DNA of 64,000 bases from Polyangiales bacterium (lineage in GTDB: Bacteria > Myxococcota_A > Polyangia > Polyangiales > Polyangiaceae). Shown here one piece after another: positions 52,057-61,455 of the stretch (positions are counted from its first letter, which is position 1; every line of letters begins with the position of its first letter). The stretch lies in the NCBI GenBank assembly GCA_038231275.1, contig JBBRLQ010000008.1, forward strand, positions 96,001-160,000. The letters run 5' to 3'. The notes below the pieces were generated by a model. It worked only from the letters and a program-made list of their open reading frames with translations. It made no database searches and had not been told where the DNA came from. The position numbers and the translations under genes are program-made.

Positions 52057-53543
52057 GGGGCCCCCGCGGAGAGCATCGCGCGTCCGATGTGCTGATCGGT
52101 GGCCGTCGGCGCGCAGTCCTCGACGATGCGGCCGCGCGACAGCACGAGGATGCGATCGCACACCGCGCGCAGCTCGGCCAGATCGGAGCTGATGACGAGC
52201 ACCGCGACCTGCTTGGCGGCCGCCGCGAGGACCTCTTGATGGATCGCCCGGCTCGCGCCGAGGTCCACGCCGCGCGTCGGGTGCGCGAGGACGAGCGCCG
52301 ACGCGCCCATCGCTATTTTTGCGATCGCGCGCGCGATGACGATTTTTTGCTGGTTTCCGCCGCTGAGCGTGCGCGTGACGGTGTCGAGGCCGAACGGAGC
52401 CTGCGCGCGATCGAGGCGCTCGCGCGCGTCGCGGCTCATGGCCGGCAAGGAGAGGATGCCCCAGCTCGCGTAGCGCCAGTGCTCGCCGAGGAGCGCGTTG
52501 TCGCGGACGTCGGCGTCGAGCACGAGCCCCTCGCGCTGACGATCTTCGTGGACGACGGCGACGGCGGGGATGCGCTTCTTGCCGAGGAGCGCGCGCTCGA
52601 CGACCGCCACCCGCCCCGCCTCGGGCGTCGTGAGCCCCGACAGCACCTCCACGATCTCGCGCTGGCCGTTGCCGTCGACGCCCGCGATGCCGACGATCTC
52701 GCCGGCCTTCACCTCGAACGACAGTCCGCGAAGCGCGCGGCCGTAGTGCACGTCGCTCATGACGATCGCCGTGCCGCCGAGCTGCCGCGCGTCGCGGCGT
52801 ACGAGCTCCTGGACGCCGCCGCCCATGATCGCCTCGGTGATCTCACGCAGCTCCTCGTCGCGCCCGGGCCCCTTGCGGAGCTCGCGCGACGCCATCATGA
52901 CCTTGCCGCGCCGCATGACGCTGACCTCGTCGGCGAAGTCGACGACCTCGCCGAGCTTGTGGGTCACGACCACGACCGCGCGCCCGCCGGCGGCGAGCTT
53001 GCGCAGGGTCTTGTACAGCCCCTCGGCCTCGCCGTGCGTGAGCACCGCCGTCGGCTCGTCGAGGATGAGGACACGCGCGTCGCGGTAGAGCGCGCGCGCG
53101 ATCTCGAGGCGCTGTCGATCGCCAACCCCGAGCGACTCCACCTTCGCGTCGAGGGGCAGGACCGTGCCGAGCTCGGCGGCGATGGCTTGGACCTTTGCGC
53201 GCGCGGCCGCGAGATCGAGCACGCCCTTCTTGGTCGGCTCGACGCCGAGGACCACGTTCTCGAGCGCCGTAAACGGCTCGATGAGCGCGAAGTGCTGTTG
53301 CACCATCCCGATGCCGCGCCGGATCGCCTCGGCGGGGGTGTGGGGTGTCATGTGCTGCCGGTCGATGCGCACCTCGCCGCGGTCGGGCGTGAGAATCCCC
53401 GCGGCCATCTTGAGGAGCGTGCTCTTGCCCGCGCCGTTCTCTCCCACCACCGCGTGCACGCGCCCCGGCAAGACCTCGAGGCTCGCGGACTGCACCGCGA
53501 GGAGCGAACCGAATCGCTTTTCGAGCTCTACGAGGCGAAGCAT
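52053..53543 (-). CDS. ABC transporter ATP-binding protein with two NBDs (nucleoside/sugar)
   Basis: GENGAGKST, ILDEPTAVL, GVDGNGQ, LSGGNQQK, PTRGVD. Confidence 0.94.
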   Translation of the reverse strand: MLRLVELEKRFGSLLAVQSASLEVLPGRVHAVVGENGAGKSTLLKMAAGILTPDRGEVRIDRQHMTPHTPAEAIRRGIGMVQQHFALIEPFTALENVVLGVEPTKKGVLDLAAARAKVQAIAAELGTVLPLDAKVESLGVGDRQRLEIARALYRDARVLILDEPTAVLTHGEAEGLYKTLRKLAAGGRAVVVVTHKLGEVVDFADEVSVMRRGKVMMASRELRKGPGRDEELREITEAIMGGGVQELVRRDARQLGGTAIVMSDVHYGRALRGLSFEVKAGEIVGIAGVDGNGQREIVEVLSGLTTPEAGRVAVVERALLGKKRIPAVAVVHEDRQREGLVLDADVRDNALLGEHWRYASWGILSLPAMSRDARERLDRAQAPFGLDTVTRTLSGGNQQKIVIARAIAKIAMGASALVLAHPTRGVDLGASRAIHQEVLAAAAKQVAVLVISSDLAELRAVCDRILVLSRGRIVEDCAPTATDQHIGRAMLSAGAP

Positions 53544-53589
53544 GGGCGGCCGCGAAAATACCATCAAAACGGCCGAGCCTTCTAAAAGC

Positions 53590-53598
53590 TGCTATTCT
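53590..53598 (+). promoter_or_regulatory. Extended -10 element (TGcTATTCT), probable leaderless promoter
   Basis: 7 nt upstream of ATG 53606. Confidence 0.45.
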
Positions 53599-53605
53599 GG
53601 AAAAG

Positions 53606-55006
53606 ATGGCGGTGTTCCCTGGATCGCGCGCGCGCGTCCGGAAGGTCGCGTGGTGCTTCGCCGCGTTGGGCGTCGCCTCGGGGACGACGCTCGCGTGCAT
53701 CAACTTCGACGGGCTCGACTCGACGGACGGGGACGGCGGGATCCTCGGGCCCGACTCGGGCGGTGGCGGCGGGCAGGACACGAGCACGACGCCGGGCTGC
53801 GAGGCCGGGATCCAGACCGATCCGTTCAACTGCGGCGCGTGCGGCAAGATTTGCCCGCTCCGCGTGAACAGCATCCCCGCCTGCACGAGCGGCGTGTGCG
53901 GCCTCGCGTGCAACAGCAACTTCGGCAACTGCGACAACGCCGACGACAACGGATGCGAGACGCAGCTCTTCGCAGACCCGAAGAACTGCGGCGCGTGCGG
54001 GCGCGACTGCGCGGGCGGCGGCTGCACGAACGGCCTCTGCCAGCCGGTGACCCTCGCGTCGAACCAGAGCTACCCGCAGGCGCTCGCCGTCGATCTCTCC
54101 ACGGTCTACTGGGCGACGCTCTACAATTTCCAAGTCGACAAGATCGCCAAGGACGGCGGCACCTCGTCGATCCTCGCGTCGAACGAGATCTATCCGTCCG
54201 GCGTCGCGATCGACACGACCAACCTCTACTGGGTCGATCGCGGGTACGGCAGCGCCGACGGCCTCGTGCGCAAAATGCCGCTCGCCGGCGGCCCGCCCGT
54301 CAGCATCGTGAGCGGCCTCAGCTCGCGCCCCACGGCGATCACCGTCGCGGGGACCGAGATCTACTACGCGACCCTCGGCACGCAGGGGACCGACGGCAGC
54401 GTCGTCCGTGTCTCCATCTCGAACGACCCCGACGCCGGCGCGGGGACCGTGGTCGGCGCCGCGCAGAACAACCCGACGAGCCTGGCCGCCGACACGACCG
54501 GCGTCTATTGGACGAATTACGGGAGCTACGTCGCACCCGACGCAGGGCCGCAAAACGGCGCGGTGATGAGGTGCGCCGTCCCCGGATGCCAGGGCGGGCC
54601 GGAGGAGGTCGCCGGCGCGCAGATGCACCCGCGCGGGATCGCCGTCGACGCCAACAACGTCTACTGGACCAACTACGGCAGCGGGCAGAGCGGCGTGAGC
54701 GACGGCTCGGTGATGAAGGCCCCCAAGGGAGCGGCGAGCGCCGGCGACGGCGGAGCGAACGGCGCGACGATGCTGGCCAGCGGGCTCCTCTACCCCGACG
54801 GCATCACGGTCGACGCGACGTACGTATACTTCACGACGCGCGCCGGCCTGGTGCAGCGCGTCCCGCTCGCCGGCGGCAAGGCGCCGGAGACCATCGCGAC
54901 GATCGTGCAGTCCTATCCAATCGCCCTCACCGCCGACGACAAGTTCCTCTACTTCGCGACGCCGAGCGGTCCCGCCGGCGGGAGCATCCAGAAGCTCCTC
55001 AAATGA
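53606..55006 (+). CDS. Lipoprotein with Cys-rich (NCGACGxxC) repeats and YWTD-like beta-propeller (cassette copy 2)
   Basis: TTLAC lipobox, DPFNCGACGKIC and DPKNCGACGRDC, repeated P..(I/L)AVD...VYW(T) blades. Confidence 0.88.
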   Translation: MAVFPGSRARVRKVAWCFAALGVASGTTLACINFDGLDSTDGDGGILGPDSGGGGGQDTSTTPGCEAGIQTDPFNCGACGKICPLRVNSIPACTSGVCGLACNSNFGNCDNADDNGCETQLFADPKNCGACGRDCAGGGCTNGLCQPVTLASNQSYPQALAVDLSTVYWATLYNFQVDKIAKDGGTSSILASNEIYPSGVAIDTTNLYWVDRGYGSADGLVRKMPLAGGPPVSIVSGLSSRPTAITVAGTEIYYATLGTQGTDGSVVRVSISNDPDAGAGTVVGAAQNNPTSLAADTTGVYWTNYGSYVAPDAGPQNGAVMRCAVPGCQGGPEEVAGAQMHPRGIAVDANNVYWTNYGSGQSGVSDGSVMKAPKGAASAGDGGANGATMLASGLLYPDGITVDATYVYFTTRAGLVQRVPLAGGKAPETIATIVQSYPIALTADDKFLYFATPSGPAGGSIQKLLK

Positions 55007-55134
55007 ACCTGCGGTGAGCCCGAGGTGAGCCGGGTGCAGGAGCGTCATGGTCTCCTACACGCGAGGTGCTCCTACGCTGCTCTCCCACCATTCGGACGGC
55101 GCGCATCCCGCCAGCGGCGCTGGAAAGTTCCTGC

Positions 55135-55143
55135 TGGTATGAT
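55135..55143 (+). promoter_or_regulatory. Extended -10 element (TGgTATGAT), probable leaderless promoter
   Basis: 6 nt upstream of in-frame GTG 55150. Confidence 0.5.
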
Positions 55144-55149
55144 GACAGT

Positions 55150-56895
55150 GTGGGGTTGCCTCTGACGAGCACCGGCCCTCGCATGATCGGTCGTTACGCG
55201 CTCTACGAAGCGTTTGCTTCGGGAGGGATGGCCACGGTCCATCTCGGGCGCGACGTCGGCGGCGACGGGCGGATGGTGGCCGTCAAGCGCTTGCACGCGC
55301 AGTTCGTCAACGATCCCGAGTTCGTGACGATGTTCCTCGACGAGGCGCGCCTCGCTGCGTGCGTGCGGCACCCGAATGTGGTTTCGATGCTCGACATCGT
55401 GACCGTGCGACGCGAGCCGTTCCTCGTCATGGAATACATCCAGGGCGAGTCGCTCTCGCGCCTCATCCGCGGCACGCGCGATCGCGGGATGATGGTCCCC
55501 GGGCGCATCGTCGCGGCGCTCATGTGCGGCGCGCTGCACGGCCTCCACGCGGCGCACGACGCGCACAACGAGCACGGTGAGCCGCTCGGCCTCATCCACC
55601 GCGACGTGTCGCCGCACAACGTCCTCGTCGGCGTCGATGGCTACGCGCGCATGGTCGACTTCGGCGTGGCGAAGGCCGCAGGGCGCGAGCAGCACACGCG
55701 CGCGGGGCAGCTGAAGGGAAAGCTCTCGTACATGGCGCCGGAGCAGGCGCGCTTCGACGTCGTGAACCGGCAGACCGACATCTACGCGGCCGCCGTCGTG
55801 ATGTGGGAGGCGCTCACGGGGCAGCGGCTCTTTTACGGGGAGACGGATGGCGCGATCCTCGCGCGTGTGATCGAAGGCCGGGTCGATCCGCCGAGCCACG
55901 TGGTGCGGGCCGCGTACCCGAACATCGACTCGGCGACGCTCTTCGAGATCGGGGCGCTCGACTCGGTGGTGATGTGCGGGCTCGCGCACGATCCCGGGAG
56001 GAGGTTCGCGACGGCGTCGGACATGGCGCTCGCGCTCGAGCGATCGCTGCAATTTGCGCCTCCCGCCGAGGTGAGCGCGTGGGTGTCCGCGACGGCCACC
56101 GACGCGATGCATCTGCGTGCGCAGCGCGTGATCGAGCTGGCCAGCGGCGTGGACGTGCGCGCCCAGCGGGGCGAGCGAGACTCCGAGACCGGTCTTCCGC
56201 CCGTGGGAATTCGCTCCGGCGAGTACCCCGCGCAGCGCACCGTCGCGATGACGAGCCCGGTGCGTCCGTCGGCGCAGTTCCTCCAGACATTGCAAATGGC
56301 GCCGCGAGCCTCGCAAGCACCGCTCGCGCGCACGATGCCGCTGCCGACGAGCTCGGGGCGGTTGCCCGAGGCCGCGCCGTCACGCCCGCTCCCGCCGCAG
56401 GCGAACTTCGACGTGCGCACGGGGCTGACGCCGTCGCAGCTGTCGAGCATTTCGGTGTCGACGCCGAGCGGAGTGGTTCCGGGGCATGCGCCGCCGCGAC
56501 GCTGGGGGCTGATCGGCGCGGTGTCGGCCGTGATCGCGTTCACGCTCGCGGCGGTGGTGCTCGTCGGAGTCGGCGCGATGCGCCGGCACAACGCGCGCGT
56601 CGCGGCGGCTCCTCCGGCGCCGCCACCGACGACCGTCGCGACACCACAGGTCGCTCTGCCGATCCTCCCCGCGACCGCGACCGCGACGCCCACCGCGACC
56701 GCGACCGCGACCGCGACGCCCACCACGACCGCGACCGCGACCGCGACCGCGACCGTCTCTCCGCCGCCGAAGCCCAAGCCTCCGCCCGTCACCCCGACGC
56801 CTCGCCGGCCAACGCCGCCGGTCAGCGACGAGTGCAAGCCCCCCTACACGCTCGATGCCGATGGCGTCCGGCACTACAAACCGGCGTGCCTCTGA
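55150..56895 (+). CDS. Membrane Ser/Thr protein kinase with C-terminal CKPPY...CL motif (cassette copy 2)
   Basis: GGMATV, VAVKRL, HRDVSPHN, DFG, YMAPE, TM helix, Thr-Ala stalk, ends CKPPYTLDADGVRHYKPACL. Confidence 0.93.
   Translation: MGLPLTSTGPRMIGRYALYEAFASGGMATVHLGRDVGGDGRMVAVKRLHAQFVNDPEFVTMFLDEARLAACVRHPNVVSMLDIVTVRREPFLVMEYIQGESLSRLIRGTRDRGMMVPGRIVAALMCGALHGLHAAHDAHNEHGEPLGLIHRDVSPHNVLVGVDGYARMVDFGVAKAAGREQHTRAGQLKGKLSYMAPEQARFDVVNRQTDIYAAAVVMWEALTGQRLFYGETDGAILARVIEGRVDPPSHVVRAAYPNIDSATLFEIGALDSVVMCGLAHDPGRRFATASDMALALERSLQFAPPAEVSAWVSATATDAMHLRAQRVIELASGVDVRAQRGERDSETGLPPVGIRSGEYPAQRTVAMTSPVRPSAQFLQTLQMAPRASQAPLARTMPLPTSSGRLPEAAPSRPLPPQANFDVRTGLTPSQLSSISVSTPSGVVPGHAPPRRWGLIGAVSAVIAFTLAAVVLVGVGAMRRHNARVAAAPPAPPPTTVATPQVALPILPATATATPTATATATATPTTTATATATATVSPPPKPKPPPVTPTPRRPTPPVSDECKPPYTLDADGVRHYKPACL
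56671..56754 (+). repeat. GCGACC hexamer repeat tract encoding an (AT)n/PT stalk
   Basis: Direct reading: ATATATPTATATATATPTTTATATATAT. Confidence 0.85.
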
Positions 56896-56896
56896 C

Positions 56897-57814
56897 ATGA
56901 TCCAACGACGAGCGCTCGGCGTGGCCTCGGCCCTCGCGATCGGCGCGATCGTCGCGGCGGCGCCCGACGCGGGGGCCGCGCGGGTGGACAAGAAGACCTG
57001 CATCGTTTCGTCCGAGAGCGGCCAGAAGCTCCGGCACGACGGCAAGCTGCGGGCCGCGCGCGAGCAGCTCTTGGTCTGCGCGCGCCCCGAGTGTCCGGCG
57101 GTGATTCGCCAGGACTGCGCGCAGTTCCTGAACGAGGTGACGACGTCGACGCCGTCCATCGTGATCGCCGCGCGCGATTCGGGCGGCAAAGAGACGCTGA
57201 GCGTGAAGGTATCGATCGACGGCGAGCTCGCGCTGACGAAGCTGGACGGAAAGGCGCTGAGCCTCGATCCCGGCGTGCACACGTTCAAGTACCAGGCCGA
57301 GGACGGGACGGTGGTGCAAGAGGACGTCGGGATCCGCGAGGGGGAGAAGAACCGCGTCGTCTACGTCGCGTTCCACAAACCGGAGCCCGAGGCCACGCCC
57401 TCTGTTGCCACGGCGGCGACGCCTGCGGCCGCGACGGCCTCGACGGCCCCGCTCACCACGACGACCACGACGACGAAGCCGGGGATCCCGACGGGCGCGT
57501 TCGTCTTCGGAGGCATCGGGCTGCTCGGCGTGGGGCTCGGCTCGTTCTTCCTCGTGACCGCGGGGAGCGACGCGAGCAACTTGCGGAGCACGTGCGCGCC
57601 CAGCTGCTCGCACTCCGACGTGAGCGCGGCGCGGAACAAGGCGCTCCTCGGCGACGTCGCGATCGCGGTGGGCGGCGTCTCGCTCATCGCGGCGGTGTGG
57701 ATGGCGGTCTCGCGACCCTCGAGCGAGAAGGTGGTCCAGACCAGCGCGGGCATCGGCCTCGACGTCCATCCCACCCTCGGCGGCGCCGCGATGGGGATCC
57801 GCGGCGCCTTCTGA
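56897..57814 (+). CDS. Secreted TPR-like/PEGA-like protein with hydrophobic hairpin and C-terminal GAF (cassette copy 2)
   Basis: Collinear with 17236-18120: DK..C...SE..Q.L...GKL, CPAV.RQDC, LDPG.HT, EGE..R, GS.DAS.L.STCAP.C. Confidence 0.82.
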   Translation: MIQRRALGVASALAIGAIVAAAPDAGAARVDKKTCIVSSESGQKLRHDGKLRAAREQLLVCARPECPAVIRQDCAQFLNEVTTSTPSIVIAARDSGGKETLSVKVSIDGELALTKLDGKALSLDPGVHTFKYQAEDGTVVQEDVGIREGEKNRVVYVAFHKPEPEATPSVATAATPAAATASTAPLTTTTTTTKPGIPTGAFVFGGIGLLGVGLGSFFLVTAGSDASNLRSTCAPSCSHSDVSAARNKALLGDVAIAVGGVSLIAAVWMAVSRPSSEKVVQTSAGIGLDVHPTLGGAAMGIRGAF

Positions 57815-57836
57815 TCGGGTAGATCTGGAGCGCGAC

Positions 57837-59960
57837 ATGCGGTCCTCGCCCCCTCGCGCCGTTCTGCGCCGACGCGCCGACGCGCCGTTCGCCGGACCGG
57901 CGGTCGCGCTCTTCCTCACCGGCGCCGCGGGAATGCTCGCGCAATCGGGGCTCGCGGGGCCGCTCGAGGCCGCGCTCGGATCGCACGCGCCGGCGCTGGT
58001 CGGTTGCATCCTGGCGCTCGTGCTCGGCACCGGGCTCGGGGCGGTGCTGGCGCGCGCGCGGCGTGGATCGACGGGAAAGCACCTCGTGGCGCCGGCGGAG
58101 ATCCTCGCGCTGCTGGCCGCCGCGGAGCTCGCACTTCCCCACGCGTGGGCGTGGATCGCGCGTGGTCCGCTGGTGGCGCGCGCGCTCGTGGGCGGGCTCC
58201 TCATGTTCCTGCCGTCGCTGGGGACCGGAGCGCTCTTGCCGGTCTTGGCGCGACGCGCAGCGCGCGAGGTGGACGGCTCCCGACGCGTCGCGCTCCTCTT
58301 CGCGGCCGCGTTCGCGGGAGGGGCCGTCGGAGCGGCGCTCGCGGCCGGACGGTATGCGCCGAGGGTCGGACTCGCCGCCGCGGTCCCGACCGCTGCGCTC
58401 CTGACCGCGATCACGGCGGTGATCTCGTTCCTCGTCTCGTGGCGCTGGCGCACGCCTGGCGACGCGGCGGCGCCGGCGCGCAAGGATCGGCGGCGCGAAG
58501 GACCGAGCCCGCTGGCCATGGGATCGGTCGCGCTCGGATTTCTCGGCGGAGGCGTGCTCCTCGCGATCGCGCACGTCGTCCGAATCGCGACGGGGGACGC
58601 GGCGGATCTCCTTCCCGCCTCTCTCGCGGGCACCCTCCTCGGGCTCGCCGCGGGCGCAGCGCACGCGCGTACGCTCCTCCTCCACTACCGCGAGACGGCG
58701 CTCGTGCGGGCGCTCTGCACGACGGGGCTCGTCGTCGCGGCGTCGACGATCGTGATGGGCGCGCTCCCCGCAGGAGGCGCCTTGCTGGGATCGTTCCTGC
58801 GCGCGCCCGCCGACGCGGCCATCCTGCACTTGCTCATCGCAGCCGCCGCCGCAGCGCTCCCGGCCGCGTGGATCGGCGCCTCGTTCCAGCTCCTCGTCCC
58901 GCACCTCAAGGAGGATTTGGTCGGCGAGGCGGCGGCGCGCTCGGCGGGCGCGGGCACGGCGGGCGCGACGCTGGGCGCGGCATTCGTGGGCATCGTCCTC
59001 TTGCCGCTGCTCGGTGCGCAGAGGGCGCTGATCGCGCTCGCGCTGGGATTTTCGGCGTTGGCGCTGGGGCTCGCGTGGCGAGGACGCGCGCGACGGAGCG
59101 TCCTCTTGACCGCGCTCACGACGGTCGTCGTCGTCGCGGTGTTGCCACGCTGGGATTTGGCGCGCGCGGCGTTCGGGCGTGACGCCGCGGGGCCCGCGAC
59201 GTGGGCTCGCGAAGGGGTCTCGGCAGGAGTCGTCGCGACCGACGCGAGCGGCGCCGTCGCCACGAACGGGCGCGTGCAAGGGCCGACGCTGGACGACGAG
59301 GCCGTGGCACGACTCGCCGCGGCGCTCGCGCCGAACCTCGCGAGCGCGCTCGCGCCGGACGATCTGGGCATCGCCGCTGCGATCCTCGGCGTGCCTTGGG
59401 AGCGCGTGACGATCCCGCGCGTGCCCCCTTCCTGGCACCCGCACCTCTCGGCTCCGCTCCGTGCCGCGGCAGAGGATCCGCGCGCGACGCCCGCCCTGGC
59501 TCGTGGGCTCGCCGGATCGCGCGCGGCCGCGAGCGCCGTGATCGTGAACCTTCCAACGGCGTGCGGCCCTGGTTGCGCGGCCGACCTCGCTCGAAACGCG
59601 CGCGACGCGCTCGCGCCGGACGGCGTCGCGTTGATCGTCGTCCGTGATCCGGAGCCGGTCGCCCTCGCTGCGCTCCTGCGCGCCACTCGCGCCGCGTTCC
59701 CTCACGCGGCGCTGGCGATCACGCGCGCGCGCGCGACGGTCATCGGTGGACGCGCGACGCTCGAGCCTCCTTCGCAACGGCTCGGCGCGCTGGCGGCACG
59801 AACGCCGCCGATCGACGCCCGCGCCGCGCTCGCCGACGTGGTCGCGAACGACGCCGGCGTCGACACCTGCGCCGAAGCCCTCACCCGCCGGGGCGACACG
59901 TCTCCCGCAGGCCTCCGCACGTGTGCGAGCGCCGCACAGCCTCGCGCGCAAGCCTTCTAG
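57837..59960 (+). CDS. Fused multi-TM / degenerate spermidine-synthase-like protein
   Basis: About 12-13 TM segments with LG.GLG, P....GA.(L/F) and G...GA patterns, then REG.SA.V, .NGRVQG, L.PDG; SAM-binding glycine loop not recognisable. Confidence 0.6.
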   Translation: MRSSPPRAVLRRRADAPFAGPAVALFLTGAAGMLAQSGLAGPLEAALGSHAPALVGCILALVLGTGLGAVLARARRGSTGKHLVAPAEILALLAAAELALPHAWAWIARGPLVARALVGGLLMFLPSLGTGALLPVLARRAAREVDGSRRVALLFAAAFAGGAVGAALAAGRYAPRVGLAAAVPTAALLTAITAVISFLVSWRWRTPGDAAAPARKDRRREGPSPLAMGSVALGFLGGGVLLAIAHVVRIATGDAADLLPASLAGTLLGLAAGAAHARTLLLHYRETALVRALCTTGLVVAASTIVMGALPAGGALLGSFLRAPADAAILHLLIAAAAAALPAAWIGASFQLLVPHLKEDLVGEAAARSAGAGTAGATLGAAFVGIVLLPLLGAQRALIALALGFSALALGLAWRGRARRSVLLTALTTVVVVAVLPRWDLARAAFGRDAAGPATWAREGVSAGVVATDASGAVATNGRVQGPTLDDEAVARLAAALAPNLASALAPDDLGIAAAILGVPWERVTIPRVPPSWHPHLSAPLRAAAEDPRATPALARGLAGSRAAASAVIVNLPTACGPGCAADLARNARDALAPDGVALIVVRDPEPVALAALLRATRAAFPHAALAITRARATVIGGRATLEPPSQRLGALAARTPPIDARAALADVVANDAGVDTCAEALTRRGDTSPAGLRTCASAAQPRAQAF

Positions 59961-59997
59961 GTCTGCGCTAAGCGCGCTAATCTCTGCCCGACCGCAA

Positions 59998-60198
59998 ATG
60001 GATCAAGCCACCCACAAGCGCTACCTCGACTACCGCGATCGGTACTCGTACTTCGGCCGCAAGATGCAGCAGCTCAGCATGGCCGAGTACGAGGCCGCCG
60101 AGAAGGAGCTCGCGGCCCTCACCGCCCGGGGCGAAGCGCGCGACGACGAAGAGGAGGCGCGTTACGACGAGCTCCTGAAGATCCTCTTCAAGGACTGA
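59998..60198 (+). CDS. Small hypothetical helical protein (66 aa)
   Basis: MDQATHKRYLDYRDRYSYF...YDELLKILFKD with strongly GC3-biased codons. Confidence 0.75.
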   Translation: MDQATHKRYLDYRDRYSYFGRKMQQLSMAEYEAAEKELAALTARGEARDDEEEARYDELLKILFKD

Positions 60199-60214
60199 CG
60201 CCGTCGCGGCGCGA

Positions 60215-61225
60215 TCAGCCGGCCTTGGCGCGCCGAACGATGCGAAGCTCGCGCTCGTCGAACGAGACGCCGGACTTGGCCGGGTTGTCGCGCGGGATCT
60301 GCGAGTGGAGGCGCGCGCCGTCGAGGATCTCCTCGCATAGGGACGCGTAGTCGATCCCGGCGGCCTGCGCGATCTTCGGCAACAGCGACGTCGGCGTCAT
60401 CCCCGGCAGCGTGTTCACCTCGAGGACGTACTCGTTCTCGCCCTCGGTCACGAGGAGATCGACGCGGCACGCGCCGGTGCATCCGAGCGCGCTCGCCGCA
60501 CGCTCCGCGAGGTTCAGCACGCCCTGCGCGCGCGTCGCGGCGATGCGGGGCGGCGAGATGTACTCGGTCATGCCAGGTGTGTACTTCGCGTGGTAGTCGT
60601 AGAGACCGCTCTTGGGGGCGACCTCGATCGCGCCGAGCACGCGGCCGTTCAGGAGACCGACGTGCACCTCGGTCGCCTTGACGAAGCGCTCGACCAGCGC
60701 CGACGTGTCGTGCGCGAGGGCCGCTTCGATGGCGCGCACCAGCTCGCCCATGTCGTTCGCCTTCGCGAGCCCGACGCTGCTCCCTTCGCCGCGCGGCTTC
60801 ACGATGACCGGGAACCCGAAGCTCGCGTGCAGCTCGTCGAGATCGCCAAGATCTTCGCGCGTCGCCACGTAATACGGCGGCGTCGGCACGTTGTGGAGGC
60901 GGAACATCTCCTTCGCCTTGAGCTTGTCCATCGCTAGCGCGCTGCCGAGCACGCTGGAGCCCGTGTACGGGATGCCCATCAGTTCGAGGAGACCTTGGAT
61001 GCAGCCGTCCTCTCCGCCGCGACCGTGGAGGGCGAGGAAGGCGACATCGACGTCGGCCTTGCGGAGCATCTCGTCGATCCCAAGCGTGTCGGGACCGAAC
61101 GCGATGCGGACGACCTCGTGCCCGCGCGACGCAAGCGCCACCGCGACACCTTCGCCCGTACGGCGCGACACGTCCCGCTCTGCGCTCATTCCGCCCATCA
61201 AGACGCCCACGCGACGACTGTTCAT
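60215..61225 (-). CDS. ddl: D-alanine--D-alanine ligase
   Basis: VLMGG.SAERDVS, ALHGRGGEDG, PYTGS, MDK, VKP..EGSSVG, YDYHAKY, EVNTLPGMT. Confidence 0.96.
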   Translation of the reverse strand: MNSRRVGVLMGGMSAERDVSRRTGEGVAVALASRGHEVVRIAFGPDTLGIDEMLRKADVDVAFLALHGRGGEDGCIQGLLELMGIPYTGSSVLGSALAMDKLKAKEMFRLHNVPTPPYYVATREDLGDLDELHASFGFPVIVKPRGEGSSVGLAKANDMGELVRAIEAALAHDTSALVERFVKATEVHVGLLNGRVLGAIEVAPKSGLYDYHAKYTPGMTEYISPPRIAATRAQGVLNLAERAASALGCTGACRVDLLVTEGENEYVLEVNTLPGMTPTSLLPKIAQAAGIDYASLCEEILDGARLHSQIPRDNPAKSGVSFDERELRIVRRAKAG

Positions 61226-61455
61226 GCTCGGCACCTCACGGGAGGGGACAATGAGAATTCCGGACCAGAAGCACTTGCCCGCGAATCCGCGGGAAAAATC
61301 GTCAAAACGGACGGTGTGGGTGTGTCCCCCCTCCCACGAAGCGTGTCCGCCCAAGCGTTGCCCATCAGGCACCTACCGCGTACCTCGCGGAGGCGCCCTT
61401 GGTCAACTTTGGGGGGGAAATTTCGAGGCTTTGGGCGCCTGAGGGCGACCCGCCG

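Noticed and set aside
57837-59960. Functional link between the spermidine-synthase-like gene and the Gsp-like ligase
   Set aside because: About 47 kb apart, with no sequence evidence of co-regulation.
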